DNA of 62,856 nt, filler included, from 7 parts of 7 records of this genome joined end to end with filler, not necessarily neighbours in it, one strand, 5' to 3'. Numbered from the whole stretch's first letter, positions 9,370 to 18,617 are shown. The notes: a model not told the origin generated them from the sequence alone. A program made the numbers and translations.

Positions 9370-9933
9370 TTATTTATGATTTAGAAAATAGGAAAACAGT
9401 TTTGCCAAAAAATAGGAATTACTGATGATAAAAAGTACAGGTAAAGTACATGAATTCAACAGGAAATAAATTTCAAGAAACGTAAAATGAGTAGATACTT
9501 TCTCTTGTAAAAATTCTTCTTTTTGCTCATCTGAGGCATTCTTTGAGGGAATTTTGAAATATTTAAGATGAAGCTTTAGCAGTACAAATCTTAGTTGCTT
9601 ATAAAAACCAACAAAGGTCATTTTATGTCTGCTTAGCCATATCAATCCCTGAAGAAAAAAAGCGATTAAAAAGTAAAGTATTTGCCCAAAAAAGGGCTTT
9701 ATACCATACAATGTTTCAATATCATTCAAAAGTGTAATGGCATAGAAATATGGAAGTACATATAGTCCAGTATTCTTGTGAATCAATTGATTAATTTTTT
9801 GTACAAATGGCGAAGATGCAGTCTCCCCATGCCTGATGATTCCCTTTCTTTCCAAAAAGGCAATGAATGCTAAAAAGCATACGGTGGTCATAAGGTCTAT
9901 ATAAAATACTAGCATAGTGGAATTCCCCCTCAT
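9370..9933 (-). CDS. Hypothetical membrane protein in the tra operon
   Basis: About four hydrophobic segments; co-oriented and tightly spaced with tra genes. Confidence 0.6.
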   Translation of the reverse strand: MRGNSTMLVFYIDLMTTVCFLAFIAFLERKGIIRHGETASSPFVQKINQLIHKNTGLYVLPYFYAITLLNDIETLYGIKPFFGQILYFLIAFFLQGLIWLSRHKMTFVGFYKQLRFVLLKLHLKYFKIPSKNASDEQKEEFLQEKVSTHFTFLEIYFLLNSCTLPVLFIISNSYFLAKLFSYFLNHK

Positions 9934-9983
9934 TGATATAACAAGTTTACCTATTGGATTAATTACAATCAGGTTTATAAGGA

Positions 9984-10559
9984 CTATAGGGCATCAAAGA
10001 GTTTAAATTTTAGACCTACTTGTGCATTTGCTTTGATTTGCCGAGTAATCGCAGCGGTTGTTCCATCGGCATCAACTTTGGCGAAAACTGCTATTTTACG
10101 AGAGAAAAATTTCTCTACATTAAAGCCAATCGTCAAGAATGGATAAGCCTTACCTTGGCTAGCTCCATTAGCTGTTCCATTACTAAGTGATTGAAATCCA
10201 GCACCTAATCCATATAAAAATCCGAGAAATGAAAGATGATATTTTCCTTTCAGTAAAGTTGCTTCATAGCTATATTTTAGTTGATAGTTTTTAAGTAAAG
10301 CGGCAGTATTATCTTGCATTTTCTCTTGTCTATAAGCAAAACCAATTCGATGATAATTGGATGTAGCAGTACCAAAACATAAGGATGCGGCATAAAATCT
10401 ATCACCTTGTTGCCAGTTTTGTGGGAAATTGTTATCCTCAAAAAGTAAGGGTATTCCGCTTGAAACTTCAAGGTATTTTGTGCTTTTATTCCTGATTTGT
10501 GCCTGAGTGTCAGTTAAATATCCTGTTATCAAAATGGCTATCAAAAAGTATGTTTTCAT
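9984..10559 (-). CDS. traO: Conjugative transposon TraO (small outer-membrane beta-barrel)
   Basis: Signal peptide, alternating beta-strands, terminal VGLKF; directly follows traN. Confidence 0.7.
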   Translation of the reverse strand: MKTYFLIAILITGYLTDTQAQIRNKSTKYLEVSSGIPLLFEDNNFPQNWQQGDRFYAASLCFGTATSNYHRIGFAYRQEKMQDNTAALLKNYQLKYSYEATLLKGKYHLSFLGFLYGLGAGFQSLSNGTANGASQGKAYPFLTIGFNVEKFFSRKIAVFAKVDADGTTAAITRQIKANAQVGLKFKLFDAL

Positions 10560-11512
10560 AATTTTTTCATCTGATAGTAAAAGGTTTCATAATCAATTTT
10601 AAGGTTCATATTACGGCTACCGTCTTTCTCTACGATGTCAATTTCAAAGTTTTTGTCTTTACCAATTGAAAACTTAGGCATCATAAACACAAAGTTGAAA
10701 TAAGCACCAGCGTCTCCTAGTTTTCGTCCATCTGGAGCACCCTCTTGTTCGAGGTAAACGAAATTGGGATTAAGTTCAATTTCTTGTGAAACTTCCTTTT
10801 TGCGCTTTGTTTTATCACGTACATAGAATTTCATGTACTCCAAGCCATAATCTAAGGGCGAGCTATTTTTCATGCTAATACATACAATAATCTTCCCTTC
10901 CTTAGTAGCCAACTGTATGAGTTTGAACTGTACTTTTCCGACTTTATCAGCAATGTGTTGAATAGTATGCCTAGTTTTTGATAGCTCAATCATCTTTTTA
11001 GAGAAATGAATCATCTCCGTTTCCGTATAATAAGTATCGCTAAAGACTATTTTCTCTGGTCTATCGCTAACCTGTTTCTCAAAAGCATCATTTAAACCTG
11101 CTGCCATGGTAATATTGAGTTTGTTGGGAGATTCGTTATAGGAAACCAGAAAACTATAATACTTTCCATCATGCGTAATGACGGTAACATTGGTTTCAAA
11201 AATGCCTATTTGAGCTGCTTTAAGCTTTAATACATTATCGACACCTTCCACTCTATCGCAAATAATTCGGTTAGAACCAGCATCAAAATATTTAATAGGG
11301 GCATCAAATACAATATGAGTAGTCTTATAAAAAGCGACACTCACAGGATAACTCCCTTTGATGTTATGCTCTTTGAAGGTTAAGACCTTCTTCTGATTGG
11401 CGGAAGAAATAAGACCCGTAGAATCAGTTTTAATCAGGTTCAATGTCTGTGCTTCCATCAAGAGTGAAAACAGCGTCAAACAGCAAGAGAGTAGATATTT
11501 CAGATTTTTCAT
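10556..11512 (-). CDS. traN: Conjugative transposon TraN (VirB9-like, DUF4138)
   Basis: KTTHIVFDAPIKYFDAGS, NVLKLKA, ETNVTVITHDG, QEIEL and EKDGSRN motifs. Confidence 0.9.
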   Translation of the reverse strand: MKNLKYLLSCCLTLFSLLMEAQTLNLIKTDSTGLISSANQKKVLTFKEHNIKGSYPVSVAFYKTTHIVFDAPIKYFDAGSNRIICDRVEGVDNVLKLKAAQIGIFETNVTVITHDGKYYSFLVSYNESPNKLNITMAAGLNDAFEKQVSDRPEKIVFSDTYYTETEMIHFSKKMIELSKTRHTIQHIADKVGKVQFKLIQLATKEGKIIVCISMKNSSPLDYGLEYMKFYVRDKTKRKKEVSQEIELNPNFVYLEQEGAPDGRKLGDAGAYFNFVFMMPKFSIGKDKNFEIDIVEKDGSRNMNLKIDYETFYYQMKKL

Positions 11513-11515
11513 AGA

Positions 11516-12682
11516 TTAGTTTTTGATTAAGAGGAAGAGTTGTTGTCCAGTTTTAATGCTGACTTTTACATCTCTAATTTTTGCATTAACATATTGATTA
11601 GCACCATTGAGGGACTGATTGACTAAAGAACCCACCACCTGATTGCCGACGGTTTGGGCAAGACTTCCTTGGGGATTATAAACCAATAGCGGATTCATAG
11701 CACCTAGCGTACTTCCTACATTTTGTCCCCAAGCATTCTTTTGCATTTCGTTTTCAGCATCAATGCTTACTTTCAAGCCTAACAAGCCATCCAGATCCAT
11801 CACCTGAGCGTTGAGGGCTTGATAAACATCATTTTTGATATAACCCTCTACAGAAAGTAATAGTCTATCTCCCTGAATATGGCTTTTAGCACCAATAATA
11901 TCGCCCGCTTGATAGCGTAGATTATCCAAGGATTTACTTTCGGTCAACATAATTTTGACTGTTGTATTATTACGCACTGTTTTAGATTCTAATAATTTTC
12001 CTTTGATTAAAATATGTTGTTTACTCTTTCCTAAGTTGCTACTGGGATCAATGCCAATGGTTGGCATATCTTCTTTCATTTGATGATTAGCATAAAAGCG
12101 ATTATTGACAGGTGATAAAAATGGATTATCCCATGCTGTGGATTGATCATTTTTAGCTTTTAAATCATCATCACTAAAGCTAAATCCATCGTTTTTAGAT
12201 TTTTCGGAGTCTTTATTAGCTCTAAGAGGAGTAGTCACATTGTTTTTAGGTTTATTGACCGTTTCTAATACTTTGATTCTTTCCTCCAATCGCTTAATGC
12301 TTTGAAGGTTTTTATCCTGATAAGAAGACCTATTTTCATTTGAATAAACCTTCTTCTTTTTCTCCAGTATTTTAGAAGAATCAACGTGAGTTTTTCCTAA
12401 ATACTCAGGATTGTTCTCCCATGAATTGGGTGAATTTTGTACTGGTTCGCTAGCCCAAAAACGCTCATTCTCTATTTCCTTTTTTTGATTAAAAGGCGTT
12501 TTTTCTTCAATCTTTTTATCAGCCGCAGGAATGTCAAAATTGATGGCTGAAAATTCATTTTCATGCGTTTGGGCAGCTCCATCTTTTTGAGGAATGATGT
12601 ACAAGTAAAATCCTACGAGAATCATATTGATGATCAGCGAAATAGGATATTTAAGAAAGCTTAAGTTAAAATACTTTTCCAT
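11516..12682 (-). CDS. traM: Conjugative transposon TraM (VirB10-like)
   Basis: N-terminal TM anchor, disordered linker, and C-terminal GDRLLL, MDLDGLLGL and KVSIKTG motifs. Confidence 0.85.
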   Translation of the reverse strand: MEKYFNLSFLKYPISLIINMILVGFYLYIIPQKDGAAQTHENEFSAINFDIPAADKKIEEKTPFNQKKEIENERFWASEPVQNSPNSWENNPEYLGKTHVDSSKILEKKKKVYSNENRSSYQDKNLQSIKRLEERIKVLETVNKPKNNVTTPLRANKDSEKSKNDGFSFSDDDLKAKNDQSTAWDNPFLSPVNNRFYANHQMKEDMPTIGIDPSSNLGKSKQHILIKGKLLESKTVRNNTTVKIMLTESKSLDNLRYQAGDIIGAKSHIQGDRLLLSVEGYIKNDVYQALNAQVMDLDGLLGLKVSIDAENEMQKNAWGQNVGSTLGAMNPLLVYNPQGSLAQTVGNQVVGSLVNQSLNGANQYVNAKIRDVKVSIKTGQQLFLLIKN

Positions 12683-12742
12683 ATTGTTTAAAGGGTAAGA
12701 GCCAACTATAACAAAATTAGGGATGGAAAAAGTCTTAGAAAT

Positions 12743-13399
12743 CTAAGGATTGCTTGGATTAATGACTATATCTTTTGTCCCCCGACTATTGATTTCCTTA
12801 TTGCCAATGACCTTCATTTTATTGAGAAAAAAGCCATAAAGATTATTATCCGTTCTATCTCTTTCTTCCATCGAAAATTCAGTCACTAGAAAACTCTCTT
12901 TGGTAACGCCCCCTTGTCCTCTGAGTAATACTTTTCCGTAAAACCGCCCCATAGAGCCTCTAAAGACAATACTATCGACCTTAATGTACTGAATGGCATT
13001 GCGTTGAACGATGTTATTATAATAGTTTTGGCTGTTGTAAAATTCGTACAATGGAATAAAGTCAGCATAGTAAAAACTCTTTTGAATATTACTATGGATT
13101 TGCTGTTCATCTGGTTCGAGTCGAAAGAAAAGCTCATGGGCTTTAGCTACCATCGCCTTTTTTGCTACTAATTCAAAGCCATCATTATAAACATCATATA
13201 CTTTACGAATCTCTCCATTTTTATCCATGATGTAAGGTTTAGGCTTTTGAGAAGTAACAGCATCTTTATACAAAACCATTGAAGTAATAATCAAGATGAG
13301 AGCAAAACCCAACACGCCAAAAACTAGGTACTTTCCCGTATGGTTAATGCGATCAATATCTCTGAGATACTTGATTTCAAAGCTTTTTTCTTTACTCAT
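12743..13399 (-). CDS. traK: Conjugative transposon TraK (VirB8-like)
   Basis: Single TM, HELFFRLEPD, YYNNIV, IKVDSI and RTDNNLYGF motifs. Confidence 0.85.
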   Translation of the reverse strand: MSKEKSFEIKYLRDIDRINHTGKYLVFGVLGFALILIITSMVLYKDAVTSQKPKPYIMDKNGEIRKVYDVYNDGFELVAKKAMVAKAHELFFRLEPDEQQIHSNIQKSFYYADFIPLYEFYNSQNYYNNIVQRNAIQYIKVDSIVFRGSMGRFYGKVLLRGQGGVTKESFLVTEFSMEERDRTDNNLYGFFLNKMKVIGNKEINSRGTKDIVINPSNP

Positions 13400-16010
13400 A
13401 TTCATAGGAAATCATGCGAGGATTATGGCTGATTTTAGAATTATAATTGAATTTTTCATCACAGAATCTGATAACTGCTTGAGGTGAGCCATTGAACATC
13501 ATCATTAATTCAGCGAGGTAATTAATCGTTAATTCAAAATTTCGGTTGAACTCTCTCAAATAAAGAAATTTGACTAAATTCTTCTCAGGTGCTTCAGTAG
13601 TATATGCCCAGTATTCTTTATGAGATAATAAAATGCCATAGACACCATACACCTCATTTGTCCAAAGAATCAATAATTCTCTGAACCTATCATCTGCTTT
13701 TAAATCACGATTAAGACTTAACAACATGGCAACGTGTTTATCTTCCAAAGAAAGTACCTGAGCGATTTTATCAATCTTCTTCATATACTTAGCCATAGAA
13801 AGAATGAACTTAATGTCTGACTGAGTAACGACTGTTTCTTTGATAATAGGAGAGGAGATAATGTCATCTAATTCCTGCGTTACCAAACCAATGGTTCCTT
13901 TAAACTTCCTGGCAGTTTTATAAACCTCTTTGATGTACTCTGCAAACATATCCGACATGATAGCCTTCCAGGCTTCCTCAATAATGAGATATTTTCTTTG
14001 GTTAAGCTTTTCCTTGAGAATCTCCTCATAAGTACCCATCATGTAAATGACGACGAGCGGGAAAAGTACTTTATTCCCTTTGATATTATCTAATTCAAAG
14101 ACAATAAAACGCTCATTTTTAAGGTCAATTTGATAAGAAGCATTTAATACTTCTGCATAAATACCACCCACATGAAAAATCTTTAATACATCTAAAAAAT
14201 GATTGATGTCAAAAAGCTTAGAAGTGTTCAAATGCGGTAAATCCTTATGTCTAAAAACACTCGCCATGTATTCATAATAGCTATTGAAACAAAGCGGAAT
14301 CATTTCGTTTTCCTCTCTTTTCTTTGTTGCTACATAATTGTAATAATAGCTAATGGATTGTAACACAATGTTTTCATCTAGTTTACTAGGCAAGTCATCT
14401 CCTTTCCAAGCTTTGAGAAGCAATTTTAGCATCATATCCAAACGCCGTTCGGAAGGCATTTCAGTATCAATCACAAAAGGGTTAATTTGAATGGGGACTT
14501 CGTCACCAAAAGAAAAATAAGAACCTTTGAGATAGTTTTTACAAAGGTTTTCATAACTATGTCCTACATCAACAAGCATTACAAATGCTCCACTTTCTAC
14601 AGCCCAGCGGACTAAATAATTCATGCTTACGGATTTTCCTGAACCCGTTGGTCCTAAGCAAAAGAAATTATACCCTGTAATGGCTTTTCGCTGTCTCGAA
14701 TTGCCACTTTCCGCAAATACATCAACAATTACTCTTGCCCCATTGCGATTGACAAGTGGTAATCCCAAGGCTGACTTACCATCGAAGGCAAATGTTTCTT
14801 CAAAGTTTAAAAAAGATGAACCCACCGCATCATAGGTCAAAATCATTTGGTCAGCACCGATGTTACCAGCATTGCCCGGCATGGTATTCATAAAGACAAT
14901 GGGTAATTCTTCATTACATTCAAAAGGAATTAAATCAACTTTTTTGAATCCATCATTGATTTGAGACTTGAGTACTTTTAAATCTTCATAACTATCAGCA
15001 TGCCAGAAAACTAGATTGGCATAAAAGCGAATAGGAGATAAGCGTCCAGATCCATCAATCAAATTTTGAAGAAAGAGTTTGGTATCCTGTAAAGAGTGTT
15101 CATTTTCCTCTGAAAAAGAAAGAATCCCACTTTTTTGCTTGATAAGGCTTTGCAGAGATGACTTAACATTTTCAAGACTTTCTTTATAAATCACCACATT
15201 GTAAATACACTCTCCGTCTATTTTATGCGTAAAAGATTTACACAAGGCAGCAGGGAAAAAACTAATTTCAGTGGAAAGGTTTTTATCCCCCGTAAAACTT
15301 GAAATGGTATCGTTGATGGATAAGATGGAATCAATTTGATAGATTCCACAGTATTTATCACCCACTTTCAAGCAGTTTTTATCAGGCAGGTAAATAACAT
15401 CCTTGATCGCATCTTGAGTATCTTGGGTGAGCATCATGTATTTTTCACAGAGATTAAGATGGCTTTTAGTGCCTAATAAATCTTTCTCATCCACCAAATG
15501 AAAAGAAAAATCCATGCCTTGTGCTAATGTTCTAAGAAAAATCTCAATACTGCTGGTAAATTTCTCAATAGACTCTTTTTGTATGTTCTTCTTATCTACT
15601 TTGATAAGCGAACTAAAAATACCATTGGTAGAGAGTGTTTTCTTAGTAGGAGGAGTATTAACCAAAGTAAAGAATAGATAACTTTTGGTTTGTTTAAACC
15701 TTTTTTCAAAAAGTAAACGTTCGTTAGCTCCTCCAAGATAAGTTTCTGAAGAAGCCTGTAAGTTAATATCACCCTCAGTATAATCGTTAAAACAAAAAAA
15801 GGTCTGCGCATGTAAAAGCGTATGAGCAGGAAGGCTCGAAAACGCATTTTTAAAATTGAGGTTAACTTGCTGATAGCTATCAGCCGATAAAGTATTTAGG
15901 TTAGCAAAAACACCTTCATAACATAAGGTTATATCACCATTTCGACTGAGTAAAGCCCCAAAATCAGTCGCACCAATGATGGGAAAGCTTTCTTTGTTAT
16001 TAATAATCAT
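13392..16010 (-). CDS. traG: Conjugative transposon TraG ATPase (VirB4-like)
   Basis: Walker A GPTGSGKS, LVDVGHSY, FELDNIK, IIEEAWKA and ARKFKG. ATG at 16010 chosen over TTG at 16067. Confidence 0.93.
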   Translation of the reverse strand: MIINNKESFPIIGATDFGALLSRNGDITLCYEGVFANLNTLSADSYQQVNLNFKNAFSSLPAHTLLHAQTFFCFNDYTEGDINLQASSETYLGGANERLLFEKRFKQTKSYLFFTLVNTPPTKKTLSTNGIFSSLIKVDKKNIQKESIEKFTSSIEIFLRTLAQGMDFSFHLVDEKDLLGTKSHLNLCEKYMMLTQDTQDAIKDVIYLPDKNCLKVGDKYCGIYQIDSILSINDTISSFTGDKNLSTEISFFPAALCKSFTHKIDGECIYNVVIYKESLENVKSSLQSLIKQKSGILSFSEENEHSLQDTKLFLQNLIDGSGRLSPIRFYANLVFWHADSYEDLKVLKSQINDGFKKVDLIPFECNEELPIVFMNTMPGNAGNIGADQMILTYDAVGSSFLNFEETFAFDGKSALGLPLVNRNGARVIVDVFAESGNSRQRKAITGYNFFCLGPTGSGKSVSMNYLVRWAVESGAFVMLVDVGHSYENLCKNYLKGSYFSFGDEVPIQINPFVIDTEMPSERRLDMMLKLLLKAWKGDDLPSKLDENIVLQSISYYYNYVATKKREENEMIPLCFNSYYEYMASVFRHKDLPHLNTSKLFDINHFLDVLKIFHVGGIYAEVLNASYQIDLKNERFIVFELDNIKGNKVLFPLVVIYMMGTYEEILKEKLNQRKYLIIEEAWKAIMSDMFAEYIKEVYKTARKFKGTIGLVTQELDDIISSPIIKETVVTQSDIKFILSMAKYMKKIDKIAQVLSLEDKHVAMLLSLNRDLKADDRFRELLILWTNEVYGVYGILLSHKEYWAYTTEAPEKNLVKFLYLREFNRNFELTINYLAELMMMFNGSPQAVIRFCDEKFNYNSKISHNPRMISYEYE

Positions 16011-16068
16011 AGAATAGATAATTAGGTTTAGCGGTGAAACAAACTTAGAAACCAATACCTTTTTCAAG

Positions 16069-16104
16069 TAAGTACAAGAATAAGCACAAGAGTAAATACA
16101 AGGA
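16069..16104. repeat. Three 12-bp tandem direct repeats between traF and traG
   Basis: TAAGTACAAGAA / TAAGCACAAGAG / TAAATACAAGGA. Confidence 0.7.
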
Positions 16105-16110
16105 CTGTGT

Positions 16111-16431
16111 TTAAAACAATCTTATCTTGGTCATAGTAGGTCTTCCACCTGCTATTTTATGAACCCGAAAAAAATACTTTACCAACATCTTTTCATAACC
16201 GAAAGGACCAATTTTTCTAAGGAAGACGAAAGAGAAAAAGCCAACACAAGCAACCGTAATGATTGAAAATAAAGAACCAATCAATAAATGCCCAATTTTA
16301 ATAGCAATGATTAAACATACTAACATGGTTACTAGTAAGATAACAGCCCAAACAATGATTAAAGACATTGGAAAGCCTTTAAAATAAGGCGGTTGATTCA
16401 CGCCTTTGTGGGTGTAATATTGGGTAATCAT
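16111..16431 (-). CDS. traF: TraF (DUF4133, VirB3-like)
   Basis: YxTHKGVNQPPYFKG N-terminus, two TMs, KIGPFG. Confidence 0.8.
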   Translation of the reverse strand: MITQYYTHKGVNQPPYFKGFPMSLIIVWAVILLVTMLVCLIIAIKIGHLLIGSLFSIITVACVGFFSFVFLRKIGPFGYEKMLVKYFFRVHKIAGGRPTMTKIRLF

Positions 16432-16434
16432 TTG

Positions 16435-16761
16435 CTAGAAAAATAAGATTTTAGAAAGCCCAACACCTATGAGGATGACCAATGAACCCATCAAAACACC
16501 CTGAAGGTTTTTAAAGGCTTGCTGATCGCCTTGTTTATACTTAAATCCAGCAGAGGTAATACCTATGAGGAAAACCACACCCGAGATTGCCATGAGTAGT
16601 GTGGTTACACCATCAATAATACTTCTGATTTCTGTAGCCCCAGATTCAGAGGCGGAAGCCACTTTAGTCCCCCAATTAGATTGGGCTTGGATATAGCATC
16701 CATACAGAGAGAAGAGAGTAGTCAGCAGTAAATGCTTAACTTTTTGCTTGTTTGATTGCAT
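16435..16761 (-). CDS. traE: TraE (DUF4134, VirB2 pilin-like)
   Basis: Signal peptide, LLMAISGVVFLIG, KYKQGDQ and C-terminal FF. Confidence 0.8.
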   Translation of the reverse strand: MQSNKQKVKHLLLTTLFSLYGCYIQAQSNWGTKVASASESGATEIRSIIDGVTTLLMAISGVVFLIGITSAGFKYKQGDQQAFKNLQGVLMGSLVILIGVGLSKILFF

Positions 16762-16815
16762 GATAGAATAGATTTAGGTTTGAAAAATTTGCTCATAAAT
16801 TCAGAAAGAAAACAA

Positions 16816-17043
16816 TCACTGATTAATCATTGCATCGAACTCCACCTTTTCGGCTTGAATTTGGGTACGAGTATCTAATGATTTACCTAAAGAAGAAGGA
16901 TTGTCAAACATAGATTCTTTGCTATGCTGACCACTGATAAAGTAATCATAGAAGAAGAAAACAGTCCAAGTACAGAGGGTTAAAGTTCCTACCCCTATTC
17001 CATATACGTTCCAGTTAAATAATAAAATTGAAGAATGATTCAT
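16816..17043 (-). CDS. Small membrane-anchored protein, first gene of the tra operon
   Basis: 75 aa with one TM ending FYD; co-oriented with traE. Confidence 0.5.
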   Translation of the reverse strand: MNHSSILLFNWNVYGIGVGTLTLCTWTVFFFYDYFISGQHSKESMFDNPSSLGKSLDTRTQIQAEKVEFDAMINQ

Positions 17044-17050
17044 AATTGTA

Positions 17051-17091
17051 TAATTTTGGATTGACTATTTATATATCATATATCAAATATA
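17051..17091. promoter_or_regulatory. Face-to-face Bacteroidota -7 promoter elements
   Basis: TAATTTTG on + at 17051-17058 (towards the tnpA-like gene) and TATATTTG on - at 17091-17084 (towards tra). Both fit TAnnTTTG. Confidence 0.45.
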
Positions 17092-17128
17092 ATAAAAAAA
17101 TAGATAAGTATATATTAAACTAATAAAA

Positions 17129-17512
17129 ATGAAAGAAAATATTTTACAGTATTGTATTATCTTTTGCACTAAGTATAAAAAAACACTTTTGACTGAAGAG
17201 CTTCATGCAGATTTTTTGAATCTTACATATCGTTATTGTTATGAAAACTCCATAGCATTGTTGTCATTAGACATTAGAGATAAACATACGGTTATCCTTG
17301 AAATAAGTACAGAGATAGCGATGGAGTCTCCTCATGTAATCATTACCAATTTAAAGGCATACTTGGCGGGAGAATTAAAAAAGAATTATCCGCAGCTTAA
17401 ATCAAAAACCCCAAGCCTTTGGACAAGGCAACATTTTATTCAAACGATAGGAGTAAGGAATGATGAATTAATGGAAGCTTTTGTATTCAATCAGAAAGGA
17501 TTAAAAGATTAG
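17129..17512 (+). CDS. IS200/IS605-family Y1 transposase homolog with substituted catalytic residues
   Basis: YCIIFCTKYK, LKA...LKKNYPQLK and SLWTR...TIG match TnpA. HUH reads H53-T-V and the catalytic YxxxQ reads F118xxxQ122. Confidence 0.8.
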   Translation: MKENILQYCIIFCTKYKKTLLTEELHADFLNLTYRYCYENSIALLSLDIRDKHTVILEISTEIAMESPHVIITNLKAYLAGELKKNYPQLKSKTPSLWTRQHFIQTIGVRNDELMEAFVFNQKGLKD

Positions 17513-17641
17513 CTTAGCGTTTTAAGATTAAATTTAAATTATAATATAATCTTTTTGTTAGTTTGGTGGTAGTGTATTGAATAAATTAAACAAATTGTGT
17601 AATTTTACCAATATAACCACAATTCAATACATATTACTTTT

Positions 17642-18553
17642 ATGCAGATGGATTTATTGTCAGGTCTCAAAGAGCGATTCTTTGTGAGTGCTGAACAAAT
17701 TGAAAAGATTAAGTTAAATACTATTCATGATAGTATCCTTCATACAACTCCTTCTGAGAAACCAAGTTTGATTATTGTGGGTGGGCAATCAGGGAGTAAG
17801 AAGGAAGAGTTAATTTTTATGGCTACAGAAGAGCTTGCTGGAAATACCATGCTATTGTCAGCTGATATTTTACGTAACTATCATCCTAATGTTACTGAGA
17901 TTAAGCAAGAATATCCTGATATGTTGCTGCCTCTAACAGCAGATTTTACCAAAGAACTTTTGCTCCATATTGAGGACTATGCCATTCAAAACCATTACAA
18001 TGTTGTATTGGAAGCAAGTTTAGGTAATGCAGAAAAAGCAGTTCAACGATTAAGTAAATACAAAGAGCAGGCTTATTTGATAGCCTTGAAAGTACTATCC
18101 ATCAATAAAATGTTTAGTTATTTGAATGCAGAAGAAGAATATGAAAATCGGTTACTAACAGAAAAAAGCGGAAGGCTAGTATCTAAACAGTATCACGATC
18201 AGCTATGTAATAAGATTCCTCAGACACTTCAAACGTTATATGAACAGCAATTACTGGATAAAATAAGTATTTACCAACTTCATACTTTTGAAGAAAATAG
18301 GGTATTAAAATCCAAGCCAACCATCTTGGAAGAAAAGAAGGAGAAGGCTTTAGAAGCTTATTTGAATGAACAAAACAGAGATTTTACTTCGACAGAATTA
18401 GCTTATTTAAAAGAGAAAGCTCAAAAGGTAAAAGCTATGAAAGTAAACAGAGAAGCTAACTTTTTAGAAAAAGTACGTTTCGATTTCAACTTCAAGTTTA
18501 TTTTAGAAGGTAAGGAAGGAAAAACTAAAAGTAAGAAGATGACGGCAGTGTGA
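17642..18553 (+). CDS. Zeta-toxin (PezT)-family P-loop protein with degenerate Walker A
   Basis: GGQSGSKKE (canonical GGQPGxGKT), ADILRNYHPN, NVVLE and GRLVSKQYHD. Confidence 0.8.
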   Translation: MQMDLLSGLKERFFVSAEQIEKIKLNTIHDSILHTTPSEKPSLIIVGGQSGSKKEELIFMATEELAGNTMLLSADILRNYHPNVTEIKQEYPDMLLPLTADFTKELLLHIEDYAIQNHYNVVLEASLGNAEKAVQRLSKYKEQAYLIALKVLSINKMFSYLNAEEEYENRLLTEKSGRLVSKQYHDQLCNKIPQTLQTLYEQQLLDKISIYQLHTFEENRVLKSKPTILEEKKEKALEAYLNEQNRDFTSTELAYLKEKAQKVKAMKVNREANFLEKVRFDFNFKFILEGKEGKTKSKKMTAV

Positions 18554-18560
18554 TTTTAAG

Positions 18561-18598
18561 CCTATCAATACATAAAATCTCTTTTATGTATTGATAGG
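18561..18598. terminator. Bidirectional hairpin between the convergent zeta and hipA genes
   Basis: Perfect 17-bp stem CCTATCAATACATAAAA-TCTC-TTTTATGTATTGATAGG. Confidence 0.75.
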
Positions 18599-18617
18599 TA
18601 AAAGTAAGGAGTGTTCA

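Noticed and set aside
16069-16104. CRISPR array, here or anywhere in the window
   Set aside because: The repeats are short and directly adjacent with no spacers, and no cas genes were seen.
17044-17641. Active IS200/IS605 element
   Set aside because: Catalytic residues are substituted, tnpB is absent and no convincing terminal hairpins are visible.
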